A stretch of 64,000 bases of DNA from Candidatus Peregrinibacteria bacterium (GTDB lineage: Bacteria > Patescibacteriota > Gracilibacteria > UBA1369), in contig OY970195.1 of the NCBI GenBank assembly GCA_963708185.1, positions 224,001 through 288,000 of the forward strand, written 5' to 3'. Shown piece after piece: positions 47,462 through 56,947 of the stretch. Both the position numbers and the translations under genes were made by a program. Each line of letters begins with the position of its first letter. The first letter of the stretch is position 1. A model generated the notes under the pieces. That model worked only from the letters and a program-made list of their open reading frames with translations, ran no database searches and was not told the origin of the DNA.

Positions 47462-48139
47462 ATGATGGATGAACATCACTCCGAACATTCTGAACACTCA
47501 GAACACAAACATGATAACGGCAGCATGCCGGAAATTCCAAAGGTAGACATGAAAAAAATGAATCCCGATGCCCTGAAAGGGGGATTCGGAGATATTATTG
47601 AAATTCTCAAACTCAACAAGGGTGCCATGGAAAAGGTTGCTGCCAGAGATTCAGAAGGCATCAATCTTGCCATCGTTTACCTTGCCGTCGGTGCCATTGG
47701 CGCTCCTCTCGGTGGTATGATTCTTGGATATACTTTCTTGGGAGTGACCGTCCGCACACCGATCGTGAATGGACTTATCGGGGCAGTGCTCGCTGTTGTC
47801 ATGGGTGTTTTGGTCTACTATGTCACCAACCTCGTCGCAGAAAAGATGTTTCACGGCAAGGCAAAATTTGCTGAGTATTTCCGTGTCATGGGCTACGCTT
47901 CACTTTTGAACGTTCTCGGATTTTTGACCGTTGTTCCGATTATCAGCACTTTGGCTGCGCTCTGGATTCTCGTCATTAACTATTTTGCCCTGACGACCGT
48001 TCATAAGTTGAATGCAACCAATGCGGTCTTGACGATCATCGTTACGATCGTTGTTTTCATAGCTTTGACAGCGGTTATCGGCGCTCTCGGTCTTTCAGCC
48101 GCCGGTCTCGGTGGAGCTTCTTTCTCATTGAGCAGCTAA
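47462..48139 (+). CDS. Yip1 domain membrane protein with His-rich N-terminus
   Basis: 5 TM, 'FHGKAKFAEYFRVMGYAS', 'VHKLNATNA'. Confidence 0.8.
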   Translation: MMDEHHSEHSEHSEHKHDNGSMPEIPKVDMKKMNPDALKGGFGDIIEILKLNKGAMEKVAARDSEGINLAIVYLAVGAIGAPLGGMILGYTFLGVTVRTPIVNGLIGAVLAVVMGVLVYYVTNLVAEKMFHGKAKFAEYFRVMGYASLLNVLGFLTVVPIISTLAALWILVINYFALTTVHKLNATNAVLTIIVTIVVFIALTAVIGALGLSAAGLGGASFSLSS

Positions 48140-48170
48140 GAAAAGCCGTTTTTTATTGATACGAACCTTT

Positions 48171-48199
48171 AAAAGCCCCGTTTTCAAACGGGGCTTTTT
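48171..48199 (+). terminator. Intrinsic terminator
   Basis: AAAAGCCCCGTTT-TC-AAACGGGGCTTTTT. Confidence 0.8.
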
Positions 48200-48232
48200 G
48201 TGCTAAAATATAAGGATTATAAGGTTTTTCGT

Positions 48233-50128
48233 ATGGCAGAAGGAGACGCATCTCAAAATCAGGGGCAAAAAGGACAAAATGACCTCTCAAAAGAGGTCAA
48301 ATCCGAAGCTGCGGACCCGAAGAAGCTTGAACGTGCAGCGAAAGAGCGCGAACGCCGTCGCCGTCGTCGACGGAAAAAGGCCGAGCTGCGGCGTTTGGCG
48401 AAAGAGGCCCCGGGACCGGTTCCGTCTTCCGATGAAGTCCCTCAGAAAAAGCCGAGATCCAAATCCAGTCCGCCGAAATCCGAGCAACCGAAAAAGACGG
48501 GAACTGCTCCCGTGCCTTCTGGAGAACCCCAAATGCCTCGTTCTGAAGAGCCCGTCGCGCGTTCAAAAAACATTGTTCCACAGGCTGAACCGGAAAAAGA
48601 GTCCGTTCCGGGTGAGCAGAAAAACGTAGAACACCCTATGGCTCATAAAACGCACAGTTTTGCCGGACCTTTGATTCAACCCAAACAGCCGACAAAGAAG
48701 GAAGAGCCGAGGGAAGAGCCTGTTTCCGAACCTGAGCCTCAACCTGTTTCCCAACCGGTCACCGAACCTGAACCGGAATCAGTCGTCGAACCCGAACCGA
48801 CCCCCGAACCCGTGCAGTCGATTCCGGAACCTGAACCAGAACCCGCTCCCGCACAGCCGTCCCAGCCGCCATCGGAAGATATCGTCATCCGTGGGGAACA
48901 TGAGGACCGTCGTCCGCAGGTTGAAATGCGCCAGCCACATCCGGAGGAGGAAGAAGAAGTCCATGAAGTACCGTCAATTTTTCCCGAAGATGAGGAAGAG
49001 CCGACAGAGGTTCATCCTCCCGAACAACACACGGAAGAACCCGAACAGCATAATGAGGAAGTTCCGGCTGAAGTCATTGAATCCGCCCCGCACGAAGAAG
49101 TGAAACCGGGAGAGCAGAAGGTTCATGAACAACCTGAGCAAAACGAAACTTCAAAAGAGCTCCTGGAGGGATCTGAAGGCTTGCAGGAACGGAAGCCGGC
49201 ATGGCAGTCAGCGGGCAGTTTCTTTTCGGGTTTTTTTAAAAACGTCGGATCGGCGATCCTGAAATTCAGATTGAAGTTCGATTTCCGCAAGCTGGGGGTG
49301 TTCGTCGTCCTGGTCATTCTGGGAGGAGCGCTGTATGCCGGATATGTCTTCAAGGTTCATGAAAAAGTTTACAACTACGTTGCGGGATTTTTTAAGGCTC
49401 CGGTCCCTGTTGAAATCAATGTTGATGAAGAACTTTTACGCGAGTGGGGGATTACGACAGCACTTGTTTTCGGCGATAACCGGGGGAACAGCCAGGATCT
49501 TCTGGCGTCGCAGATTTATAACGCTTACTACTTCGGTTTCCTGAAAGAACCGAAGGTCCAGGGAGAGACGGGCATTACGCCGGCATATTATTATGGAACC
49601 GGCGCCGACCAGGTTGCGCAAACCAACCAGTTCATCGATGACATCAGCAATCTTCGTGAACTGGTGAGCCTCTATGACGTGGATGTCTATCGGATGCTCG
49701 ATCAGACCACGGACCGCGAAAAAGCTCTGGACGGTTATGTGACGAAACTTCATGCAACCATGGATAAAAGCCAGACCATCTCCGACCAGCTCAAGACGGA
49801 GATCGACGACCTGAAGGTTTCCTACGACAGCCTGACGCCCGACAAGACCCAGTTTGAAAGTGATTTCTTCACGGCGCTCCAGGGGCTTGCCGGGGAAAAG
49901 TCCGACTTTCTTTTGAAGAGTTTTATCGACGTTACACAAAAACAGGCGGCTTTGAAAGCAAGGTACTCCGCACTCCAGCAGCTTGCCACGTACTACGATT
50001 CGGCCATGCAGAAACTTTCGGTCCGCATTACCGCTGTTGAACAGAATCACCAGGCGCTCGTGCAGGGGATTCACGTGGTGGATATTCCGGGCGCCAACCT
50101 GGATATCATCCTCCAATCGAACCAGTAA
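48233..50128 (+). CDS. Bitopic membrane protein: Arg-rich N-terminus, long Pro/Glu-rich disordered region, TM, exported coiled coil
   Basis: ATG 48233; 'ERERRRRRRRKK', PEPEP repeats, TM 'LGVFVVLVILGGALYAGYVF'. Confidence 0.8.
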   Translation: MAEGDASQNQGQKGQNDLSKEVKSEAADPKKLERAAKERERRRRRRRKKAELRRLAKEAPGPVPSSDEVPQKKPRSKSSPPKSEQPKKTGTAPVPSGEPQMPRSEEPVARSKNIVPQAEPEKESVPGEQKNVEHPMAHKTHSFAGPLIQPKQPTKKEEPREEPVSEPEPQPVSQPVTEPEPESVVEPEPTPEPVQSIPEPEPEPAPAQPSQPPSEDIVIRGEHEDRRPQVEMRQPHPEEEEEVHEVPSIFPEDEEEPTEVHPPEQHTEEPEQHNEEVPAEVIESAPHEEVKPGEQKVHEQPEQNETSKELLEGSEGLQERKPAWQSAGSFFSGFFKNVGSAILKFRLKFDFRKLGVFVVLVILGGALYAGYVFKVHEKVYNYVAGFFKAPVPVEINVDEELLREWGITTALVFGDNRGNSQDLLASQIYNAYYFGFLKEPKVQGETGITPAYYYGTGADQVAQTNQFIDDISNLRELVSLYDVDVYRMLDQTTDREKALDGYVTKLHATMDKSQTISDQLKTEIDDLKVSYDSLTPDKTQFESDFFTALQGLAGEKSDFLLKSFIDVTQKQAALKARYSALQQLATYYDSAMQKLSVRITAVEQNHQALVQGIHVVDIPGANLDIILQSNQ

Positions 50129-50220
50129 GGCCCTCGATAGGCTAAAAAGCTGATCAGCTTAAGAAAAAGTTGCTATTTTTGAAAGTGGATGATAGTATTG
50201 TGAATCCCTGAGCTATTTTT

Positions 50221-52480
50221 ATGGTCACGATCGATCAGCTTATCGAAAAAATTCAGGCGTATAAGCCGAAAGTTGACGTTGCGCGAGTGAGGGAAGCTTA
50301 TGACTACGCAAAGCTGCATTTTAAAGGAATGTATCGGGTTTCGGGTGACCCGATGGTGATTCACGCCCTGATGGTGACGGATAATCTTTTGGCGTTTAAA
50401 CCCGACGAAAACAGTATTCTGGCGGCGTTGATGCACGATCTGTGCAAGGTTGCCGACTACAACCCGAAGGAAGTGAAGGAGAAGTTCGGTGAGGACGTGG
50501 CTTCGCTTATTGCCGGCATGGAAAAACTCCAGAGCGTCCATCTGAAAGGAGGCAGAAGCGATCTTGAGGCTTTCCGGAGAATGCTTTTGTCCCTGGCGAG
50601 CGATTTGCGTCTGGTACTGATCCGCCTTTCCGATCTGCTCCATGACGTGGAATCGTTGGATTACGTTCCGTTGGTGCGCAGGAAAGAGGTCGCACGTGAA
50701 ATGCTCGACGTCTACGCCCCCATTGCTTCGCGTTTGGGAATTTATTCCATCAAGTGCCGTCTTGAAGACCTCGCTTTCAAATATCTCTATCCGTCCAAGT
50801 ATGAAGATTTGCAGTCCCAGCTCGAGGAATATATCCGCCGGCAGGAAAAGTTTCTTGACCGGGTCAAAAAAGAATTGAGTGATTTCCTGCAGAAACAGGG
50901 CGTTAATGGACGCGTTGAGGGCCGTTTGAAAAATCTCTACAGCATTTACCGCAAGATGCGGAAAAAAAGTAAAGCTTCCCTTAACGAGATTTACGATATT
51001 TTCGCTTTCAGGATTATTCTTCCCACCCAGTTTCATCGCAGCGGACTTGAGAATACGGAAAAGCTATATACCCTGCTCGGTCTTATTCATAGCCGCTGGA
51101 CCCCTCTTCCTGACCGTTTCAAGGATTATATCGCCGTTCCCAAACCGAACGGCTATCGCAGTCTTCACACGACGCTGATCGGCGACGGGAAGGGGAGTTT
51201 CGATCAGCCTTTCGAGGTACAGATCCGTTCGGAAGCCATGCATCAGCAGTCTGAGTTCGGATTTGCCGCGCACTGGCTGTACGAAGACACCCGTGGGTAC
51301 TCCCCGAAAATTGAAGAGAAAGGTTTTACCCACACTGAAATTCAGGAAATGAAGAACAAGAAATACCAGCAGTGGCTTGATGGACTCGTGAGCATCCAGC
51401 AGGAGCTTCTCCCAGGGAAAAGATATGGGAAAAAAAGTGAAACTGGACATGTTCCATGACCATATTTTCGTGTTTACTCCGGACGGTGAAGTCAAAGATC
51501 TCCCCAAGGGGTCGACACCGGTGGATTTCGCCTACGCGGTCCATACCGATATCGGGCACCGGTGTCAGGGCGCCAAAGTGAATGGTTCGATCGTGCCGCT
51601 CGATTACCAACTGAAAAACGGCGATCACGTTGAAATTTTGACGAGGAACAAAGCCGAACCCAAACCGCATTGGCTTTCTTTCGTGAAGTCTCCGAACACC
51701 AAGTCAAAGATCAAAAGCTACTTTAAAGGATTGGATAACGAAGACAGCTATAAGGAAGGGAAGGAGCTCGTGAATAAATACCTTTCCAGCATGGGGCGCC
51801 CGCAGCTCGATGAAAATTTGTCGATTTTCCGCAAGTACGGAAGACAGAAGCTTTCGCTTAAGGAAAGGCAGGCCCTGCTTGAAGACATCGGGAACGGGGC
51901 AGTCAACGTCGGCGCCGTGCTGAAGAAGGTTTTTGCTTCGCCCGAAAGCACTCCCCGCAAAAAACGTGTTTCCGAAACCAATTTCGTGAAGAAAAGCGCG
52001 TTTGTCTCCGAGCAGAAAAAGGATGAAGTACTTATCGCAGGGGCGGCGGACGTGCCGTATAAACTTTCTTCATGCTGTAAACCGAAACGCGGCGACAGTA
52101 TCGTCGGATACGTGACGCGCGGCAACGCCGTCCGCATTCACAAACAGGGCTGTAAGTTTCTGGCTCACGCCGATCGCAACCGTATGCTTGAGGCCAGCTG
52201 GGGATATCAGATTCACAAGCAGCGGCTGATCCCTGCCGTTATTGATTTGAAGGCGATCGATCGTGTAGGGCTTATCAGTGACGTTGCGTCCACTATTGCC
52301 GGTTTCAACGTCAATATCATCGATTTCGTGCTCAAGGAGCGTCGCGATAACCTTATTCACCGGCAGTTCGTCATCGAGATTTTCAACGATGAGCAGTGCC
52401 AGAACATCGTCAAACGCCTCCGGCAGGTCCGCAACGTGCTTGAAGTCGCGAGGGTCGCCGAGAAAAACGTTTCCGCTTAG
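50221..52480 (+). CDS. relA: RelA/SpoT family (p)ppGpp synthetase, split by a +1 frameshift near 51415-51436
   Basis: ORF1 carries the HD and SYNTH domains ('GRLKNLYSIYRKM', 'RFKDYIAVPKPNGYRSLHT', 'EVQIRS'); ORF2 carries TGS ('FTPDGEVKDLPKGSTPVDFAYAVHT'), ZFD ('CCKP') and ACT. Confidence 0.93.
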
Positions 52481-52501
52481 ACGCTGGGAAGCCGGAAGCC
52501 T

Positions 52502-53254
52502 CTAGATCAGTTCCATGAGGATTTTTTCACTGATGATTTCACGGTCCAGGAAGTGCTGGAGGAAGAACCGCGTGATGTGTTGAAGCTGCTCTTTTTGTTC
52601 GGGAGTGCAGGAGATTTTTTGGACCTGCGCGGCCAGCGGCTGTACAAGATGATGGATGAGTTTGATGATGTTGAACTGGATCTGTTTGGCCGGCGCGTGG
52701 GAAGACACACATTCTCTGCAGCGGAGATGTCCTTCTGGTTCGAGCCAGATGGTGTCGTCGCTGCGCCAGCGCCGGTGGCATGCGTCGCAGTTTTCAAGGT
52801 CGGGCAGGACGCCGATATTGAGCAGAAGGTTGAGTTTGAACCGTTCCACGGTCAGAAAATGCTGGCTGTTCATGCTCAGCTGGCCGAGACTTTGCTCCAG
52901 CAGATCGTAAAGTTCCGGTGAATGTTCGCTGCTGTGCGTGCTTTTATGGAAGATTTCCATGATCAGGCCCGCGATGAGCATCCGGTTGAAGTCGTTGCGG
53001 ATGTTTTTGAAGTTTTCGATGATCTGGCATTGGACGATGGTGTATCGGGCGGGACTTTTGTAAAGTTGGACACTGCAAATATTGAGACTTTCAAGATGTC
53101 CCGAAAATGAACTGGTTATTTTGCGCGCTCCTTTCGCGGTCGCCTGGATTTTTCCGAGGTCCGGGGAATAGAGCGTCACCGAAAAATCGTTTTCACCGAG
53201 CGGGTGTTTTTTGATGATGATGCCCCGGGTATGGATGTTTCTTTGTTCAGCCAT
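52502..53254 (-). CDS. recO: DNA repair protein RecO
   Basis: 'GENDFSVTLYSPDLGKIQATAKGARK', Zn finger CxxC...CxxC. Confidence 0.92.
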   Translation of the reverse strand: MAEQRNIHTRGIIIKKHPLGENDFSVTLYSPDLGKIQATAKGARKITSSFSGHLESLNICSVQLYKSPARYTIVQCQIIENFKNIRNDFNRMLIAGLIMEIFHKSTHSSEHSPELYDLLEQSLGQLSMNSQHFLTVERFKLNLLLNIGVLPDLENCDACHRRWRSDDTIWLEPEGHLRCRECVSSHAPAKQIQFNIIKLIHHLVQPLAAQVQKISCTPEQKEQLQHITRFFLQHFLDREIISEKILMELI

Positions 53255-53266
53255 GATGGACCTTGT

Positions 53267-54232
53267 TTAGGACGTCATGATTTTACCATGAAGGTACTGT
53301 TCCACGGCAGCGAAACTGCTGATCGTTCCAAGAATGATCGTTATGGCGAGCTCGGTGATGAAGACTTTGTTGAGCTCGAGGCTGTTGTAGTAACTCCACA
53401 TCGTCGTCGAGTCGATCTCGATCGTCTTGCCCAAAATGAAAAGAAAAAGAAAACTTGCCAGGACTGCGCAGCTTCCGTAGAGGATGCCCTCAATGATGAA
53501 CGGCATGCGGATGAAGGTCGGCGTCGCTCCGACGAGACGCATGATGGAAATTTCCTGGCGGCGGGTGTAAATGGTGAGCTGGATGGCGTTGAGGATAACG
53601 AGCGTTCCTCCGAGAACGAAAACCAGGACGAGCCAGAAAATGATCTGACGGACGAACTGGCTGATGTTGAGAAGATTCTGTGCGACATTGGAAAGAATGA
53701 TGCTGTCACTGCCGCTGCCTTCTGCGATAAAGTTTTGCATGAAGGTTTTGTACTGGCCCTCTTCAAGAAAATTCTGGACCGTCTTGTAGTCTTCGGGAGT
53801 CTGGGTGGTGATGCTCACGCTCGGAGGGAGGGGGTTGGTGAGGTTGTATTTTCTGAGGAACTCTGCGGTTTTGGGATGGGTTTTGGCCACGATATCCAAG
53901 GCCTGTTCCTTGGAAGTGTAGGTGACGGTTTTGACCCCGGGAATATTCTGCAAAGCCTGCACGAGATTCTGGGCGTCGTACCACTGGATGTCGTCACGCA
54001 GGTAGATGACGATGTCTACCCGCGCGCTCATGGCCTGGAGAGCCTGGTTGCCGATGAAATGGACGGCGAGGATGACGTTGAAAATAAAAAGGATGACGGC
54101 GATGACGCCGATGGTGGCTATCGAGAGGAATTTGTTTCTCCAGAAATTGGTGAGTCCCAGCATGAGGCTCCTGTAAAAAGCAACGAAAATGTTGCTATTG
54201 AAATCCTGGACTTTAAGTTTTGTTTGGGCCAT
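53267..54232 (-). CDS. ftsX: Cell division protein FtsX
   Basis: 'NFWRNKFLS', 'YTSKEQAL', 'NPLP', 'RRQEISIMRLVGATPTFIRMPFIIEG'. Confidence 0.93.
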   Translation of the reverse strand: MAQTKLKVQDFNSNIFVAFYRSLMLGLTNFWRNKFLSIATIGVIAVILFIFNVILAVHFIGNQALQAMSARVDIVIYLRDDIQWYDAQNLVQALQNIPGVKTVTYTSKEQALDIVAKTHPKTAEFLRKYNLTNPLPPSVSITTQTPEDYKTVQNFLEEGQYKTFMQNFIAEGSGSDSIILSNVAQNLLNISQFVRQIIFWLVLVFVLGGTLVILNAIQLTIYTRRQEISIMRLVGATPTFIRMPFIIEGILYGSCAVLASFLFLFILGKTIEIDSTTMWSYYNSLELNKVFITELAITIILGTISSFAAVEQYLHGKIMTS

Positions 54233-54238
54233 CGGGTT

Positions 54239-54736
54239 TTAAGGAAGAACGTTGGTTTTAGGTTCGAGAGCTGCCGGCTGAGCCAACTCTTCTTTGTCGT
54301 TTTGGTCGTTTTGAAGTCCTTTGCGCAGGAGCGAAGATTTGTATATTTGGGGGTAGTACGGCTGGAGACGGACGACCTCCGCTCCGAGTTTGAGGTCGAT
54401 GAGGGTTTTTTCCAGTCTTTGCGTAAACACGAACTGGTCGTAGCCGAGAGCTATGACGTTGGGGCGGAATTTTCTGAGCACTTTGTGCTTGTCGCCTTTG
54501 TAGCCGAGGACGACTTTGTCGGCGATTTCGGATATTTTTACGTTCTTGAGGCGCTGGCGTTCGTTGTGGCTCGGGGCGCGTCCTTTGATTTTCTGGACGG
54601 TTTCGTCACGCGCGATAATGACGATGAGATAATCTCCGAGTTCTTTGGCCTGGCGGAGGTAGTTTTCATGTCCGGCGTGAAAAAGATCGAAGGTTCCAAA
54701 TGCCATCACGGTTTTGAGGTTTTCCTGTTTTTGCAT
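54239..54736 (-). CDS. Cytidylyltransferase-family FAD synthetase (RibL-like)
   Basis: 'FGTFDLFHAGH', 'IIARD', 'IALGYDQ', 'KSS'. Confidence 0.8.
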   Translation of the reverse strand: MQKQENLKTVMAFGTFDLFHAGHENYLRQAKELGDYLIVIIARDETVQKIKGRAPSHNERQRLKNVKISEIADKVVLGYKGDKHKVLRKFRPNVIALGYDQFVFTQRLEKTLIDLKLGAEVVRLQPYYPQIYKSSLLRKGLQNDQNDKEELAQPAALEPKTNVLP

Positions 54737-54739
54737 AAA

Positions 54740-55051
54740 TTAAACGGTTATTTTGTCAGGGACGAAGATGTTAATATAGATCAGTCCCGCGAAAATGAGA
54801 AGGGCAAATGTAATAAAGAGAATATTGATAATTTTATTCCCTCCGTCCTTGAATCCCGCCTTGATGCTTGATAGTCCGTAAATGAGGGCGATCATGGCAA
54901 AGGGGATGTCCATGATGTGGTTCACGATGAAGGTGTAGGGCAATCCGATGTTGCTTGTCATCAGGAACCCGGTCAGGATGTGGATAAGTCCCAGGACGAT
55001 AAAGAGGATCAGCGAAACTTTTTTGAGATTTTCTGCGGTTTTTGCGGCCAT
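54740..55051 (-). CDS. Small 3-TM membrane protein
   Basis: ATG 55051 (MAAKT...), hydrophobic. Confidence 0.7.
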   Translation of the reverse strand: MAAKTAENLKKVSLILFIVLGLIHILTGFLMTSNIGLPYTFIVNHIMDIPFAMIALIYGLSSIKAGFKDGGNKIINILFITFALLIFAGLIYINIFVPDKITV

Positions 55052-55124
55052 GGTTGTTGGAAAGTGGCTTGTTGTATTATAGCGGTCTTTCATCTATACT
55101 GCTAGCGTTGTTTCTTCCAACGCC

Positions 55125-55415
55125 ATGATTACTCAAGAACAAGTAAAACATATCGCCAAGCTGGCACGTTTGGGATTGAAGGACGAGGACGTCGAGAAGT
55201 TTTCCAAACAACTCAGCAGCATTATGGAGTACGTTGAAAAGCTCAATGAGGTCGACGTCAAAGACGTTGAACCGACTTCCCAGGTTACGGGGCTTGAAAA
55301 CGTCATGCGCGAAGACACGGAAGAACGTTTTTCAAACCGCGAGGACCTTTTGAAGTGTACTGAACTGCCCGTTCAGAACGACCAGATAGAGGTCCAATCC
55401 GTTATTACGATGTAA
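55125..55415 (+). CDS. gatC: Asp/Glu-tRNA amidotransferase subunit C
   Basis: 'ITQEQVKHIAKLARL', 'VEPT', 'NVMRED'. Confidence 0.95.
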   Translation: MITQEQVKHIAKLARLGLKDEDVEKFSKQLSSIMEYVEKLNEVDVKDVEPTSQVTGLENVMREDTEERFSNREDLLKCTELPVQNDQIEVQSVITM

Positions 55416-55418
55416 GTT

Positions 55419-56879
55419 ATGCTGCATACTTTAACGCTTGCCGAAGCGTCGGAAGGTCTCAAAAACAAGAAGTTTTCATCCAGAGAGCTGGCGAAAGATC
55501 TGCTGACGCGTATCAAAGACCTCAACGGTTCTTTGAACGTCTATGTGACGGTTGACGAAGAAAATGCGATGAAAATGGCCGAAGAGGCCGATCAGCGTCT
55601 GAAGGACGGCAAAAACGTTACACCTTTGACCGGTGTTCCGGTCGGCATCAAGGATATTTTCAATACTCAAGGAATCAAAACCACCTGTGCCTCGCCATTT
55701 TTGAAAAATTTCGTTCCTCCGTATGATGCCACCGTCGTTACCAAGCTGAAGGAAGCCGGCTACGTACTTACCGGCAAACAGAATATGGATGAGTTCGCCT
55801 GCGGAGGTTCCACCGAACACTCCTGTTTCGGGCCAACCAAGAATCCGTGGGATACCAGCCGCGTTGCCGGAGGTTCATCCGGCGGTTCGGCGGCCGCCGT
55901 CGCTGCAGACATGAGTTTTTACGCTCTTGGAACGGATACCGGCGGCTCGATCCGTGAACCTGCTTCGTTTTGCGGCGTCGTGGGTTTGAAGGTCACCTAT
56001 GGGCGTGTGTCGCGCAGCGGTGTCACTTCCATGGCCTCTTCATGGGATACGATCGGCCCTCTGGGGAAGACGGTACGCGACGTGGCCACTGTTTTGCAGT
56101 ACATCGCCGGGAAGGACGTCCGTGACGCTACCACTCCTCCGGTAGACGTCCCTGATTATTCAAAAGCGCTTGGACAGTCCGTGAAGGGGTTGAAAATCGG
56201 TGTTCCCAAAGAGTATTTCGGTGAAGGAATCGATCCGCAGGTTGAGAAAAGCGTCCGCGACGTCCTCAAGGAATACGAAAAGATGGGAGCCGAGATCGTT
56301 GACATCAGTCTTCCCTATACGTCCTATGCCATCGCCGTCTACTACGTGGCGATGCCCGCGGAGCTTTCTGCCAATCTGGCCCGTTTTGACGGTATCCGTT
56401 TCGGTTCGAAACCCAAAGCGGAAGCGAAAGACATCATCGATTACTACTATCAGGCCCGCAGCGAAGGGTTCGGTGATGAGATCAAACGGCGCATCATGAT
56501 CGGGACGTACGTGCTTTCGGCCGGTTATTATGACGCTTATTACGTACGCGCCCAAAAGGTTCGAACCCTTATCCGAAAAGATTTTGACGAAGCATTTAAA
56601 AATGTCGACGTGATCGTCGCTCCGGTTTCGCCATTCCCTGCTTTCAAGATCGGAGAGAAAAAGGATGATCCGCTTTCGATGTACCTGGCCGACGCTTTTA
56701 CCATTCCGGTGAACTGTGCCGGACTTCCGGCGGTCAGCCTTCCGTGCGGTTTTACCAATGAAAAACTTCCGGTGGGATTTCAGGTCATCGGTCCGCAATT
56801 CAGTGAAGACAGGATTTTGAAGGTGGCTTCCGCGTACGAGCAAGCGACGGAATGGCACAAGATGAAACCGGGTGTGTAA
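55419..56879 (+). CDS. gatA: Asp/Glu-tRNA amidotransferase subunit A
   Basis: 'GGSSGGSAAAV', 'GTDTGGSIREPA', 'RSEGFGDEIKRRIMIGTYVLSAGYYDAYY'. Confidence 0.97.
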   Translation: MLHTLTLAEASEGLKNKKFSSRELAKDLLTRIKDLNGSLNVYVTVDEENAMKMAEEADQRLKDGKNVTPLTGVPVGIKDIFNTQGIKTTCASPFLKNFVPPYDATVVTKLKEAGYVLTGKQNMDEFACGGSTEHSCFGPTKNPWDTSRVAGGSSGGSAAAVAADMSFYALGTDTGGSIREPASFCGVVGLKVTYGRVSRSGVTSMASSWDTIGPLGKTVRDVATVLQYIAGKDVRDATTPPVDVPDYSKALGQSVKGLKIGVPKEYFGEGIDPQVEKSVRDVLKEYEKMGAEIVDISLPYTSYAIAVYYVAMPAELSANLARFDGIRFGSKPKAEAKDIIDYYYQARSEGFGDEIKRRIMIGTYVLSAGYYDAYYVRAQKVRTLIRKDFDEAFKNVDVIVAPVSPFPAFKIGEKKDDPLSMYLADAFTIPVNCAGLPAVSLPCGFTNEKLPVGFQVIGPQFSEDRILKVASAYEQATEWHKMKPGV

Positions 56880-56947
56880 CAATCGTCCCGGGTTTGTCGT
56901 TATAGTTTTCAGCAATCAGGAAATTCCTTATTTCTTAATTTCTCACT

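Noticed and set aside
53204-54871. 555-aa plus-strand ORF and similar long antisense ORFs (33434-34693, 14732-15673, 39400-40260, 59829-60860)
   Set aside because: These are shadow frames opposite well-supported genes (ftsX/RibL-like, groEL, ZnuA-like, dnaA, giant protein).
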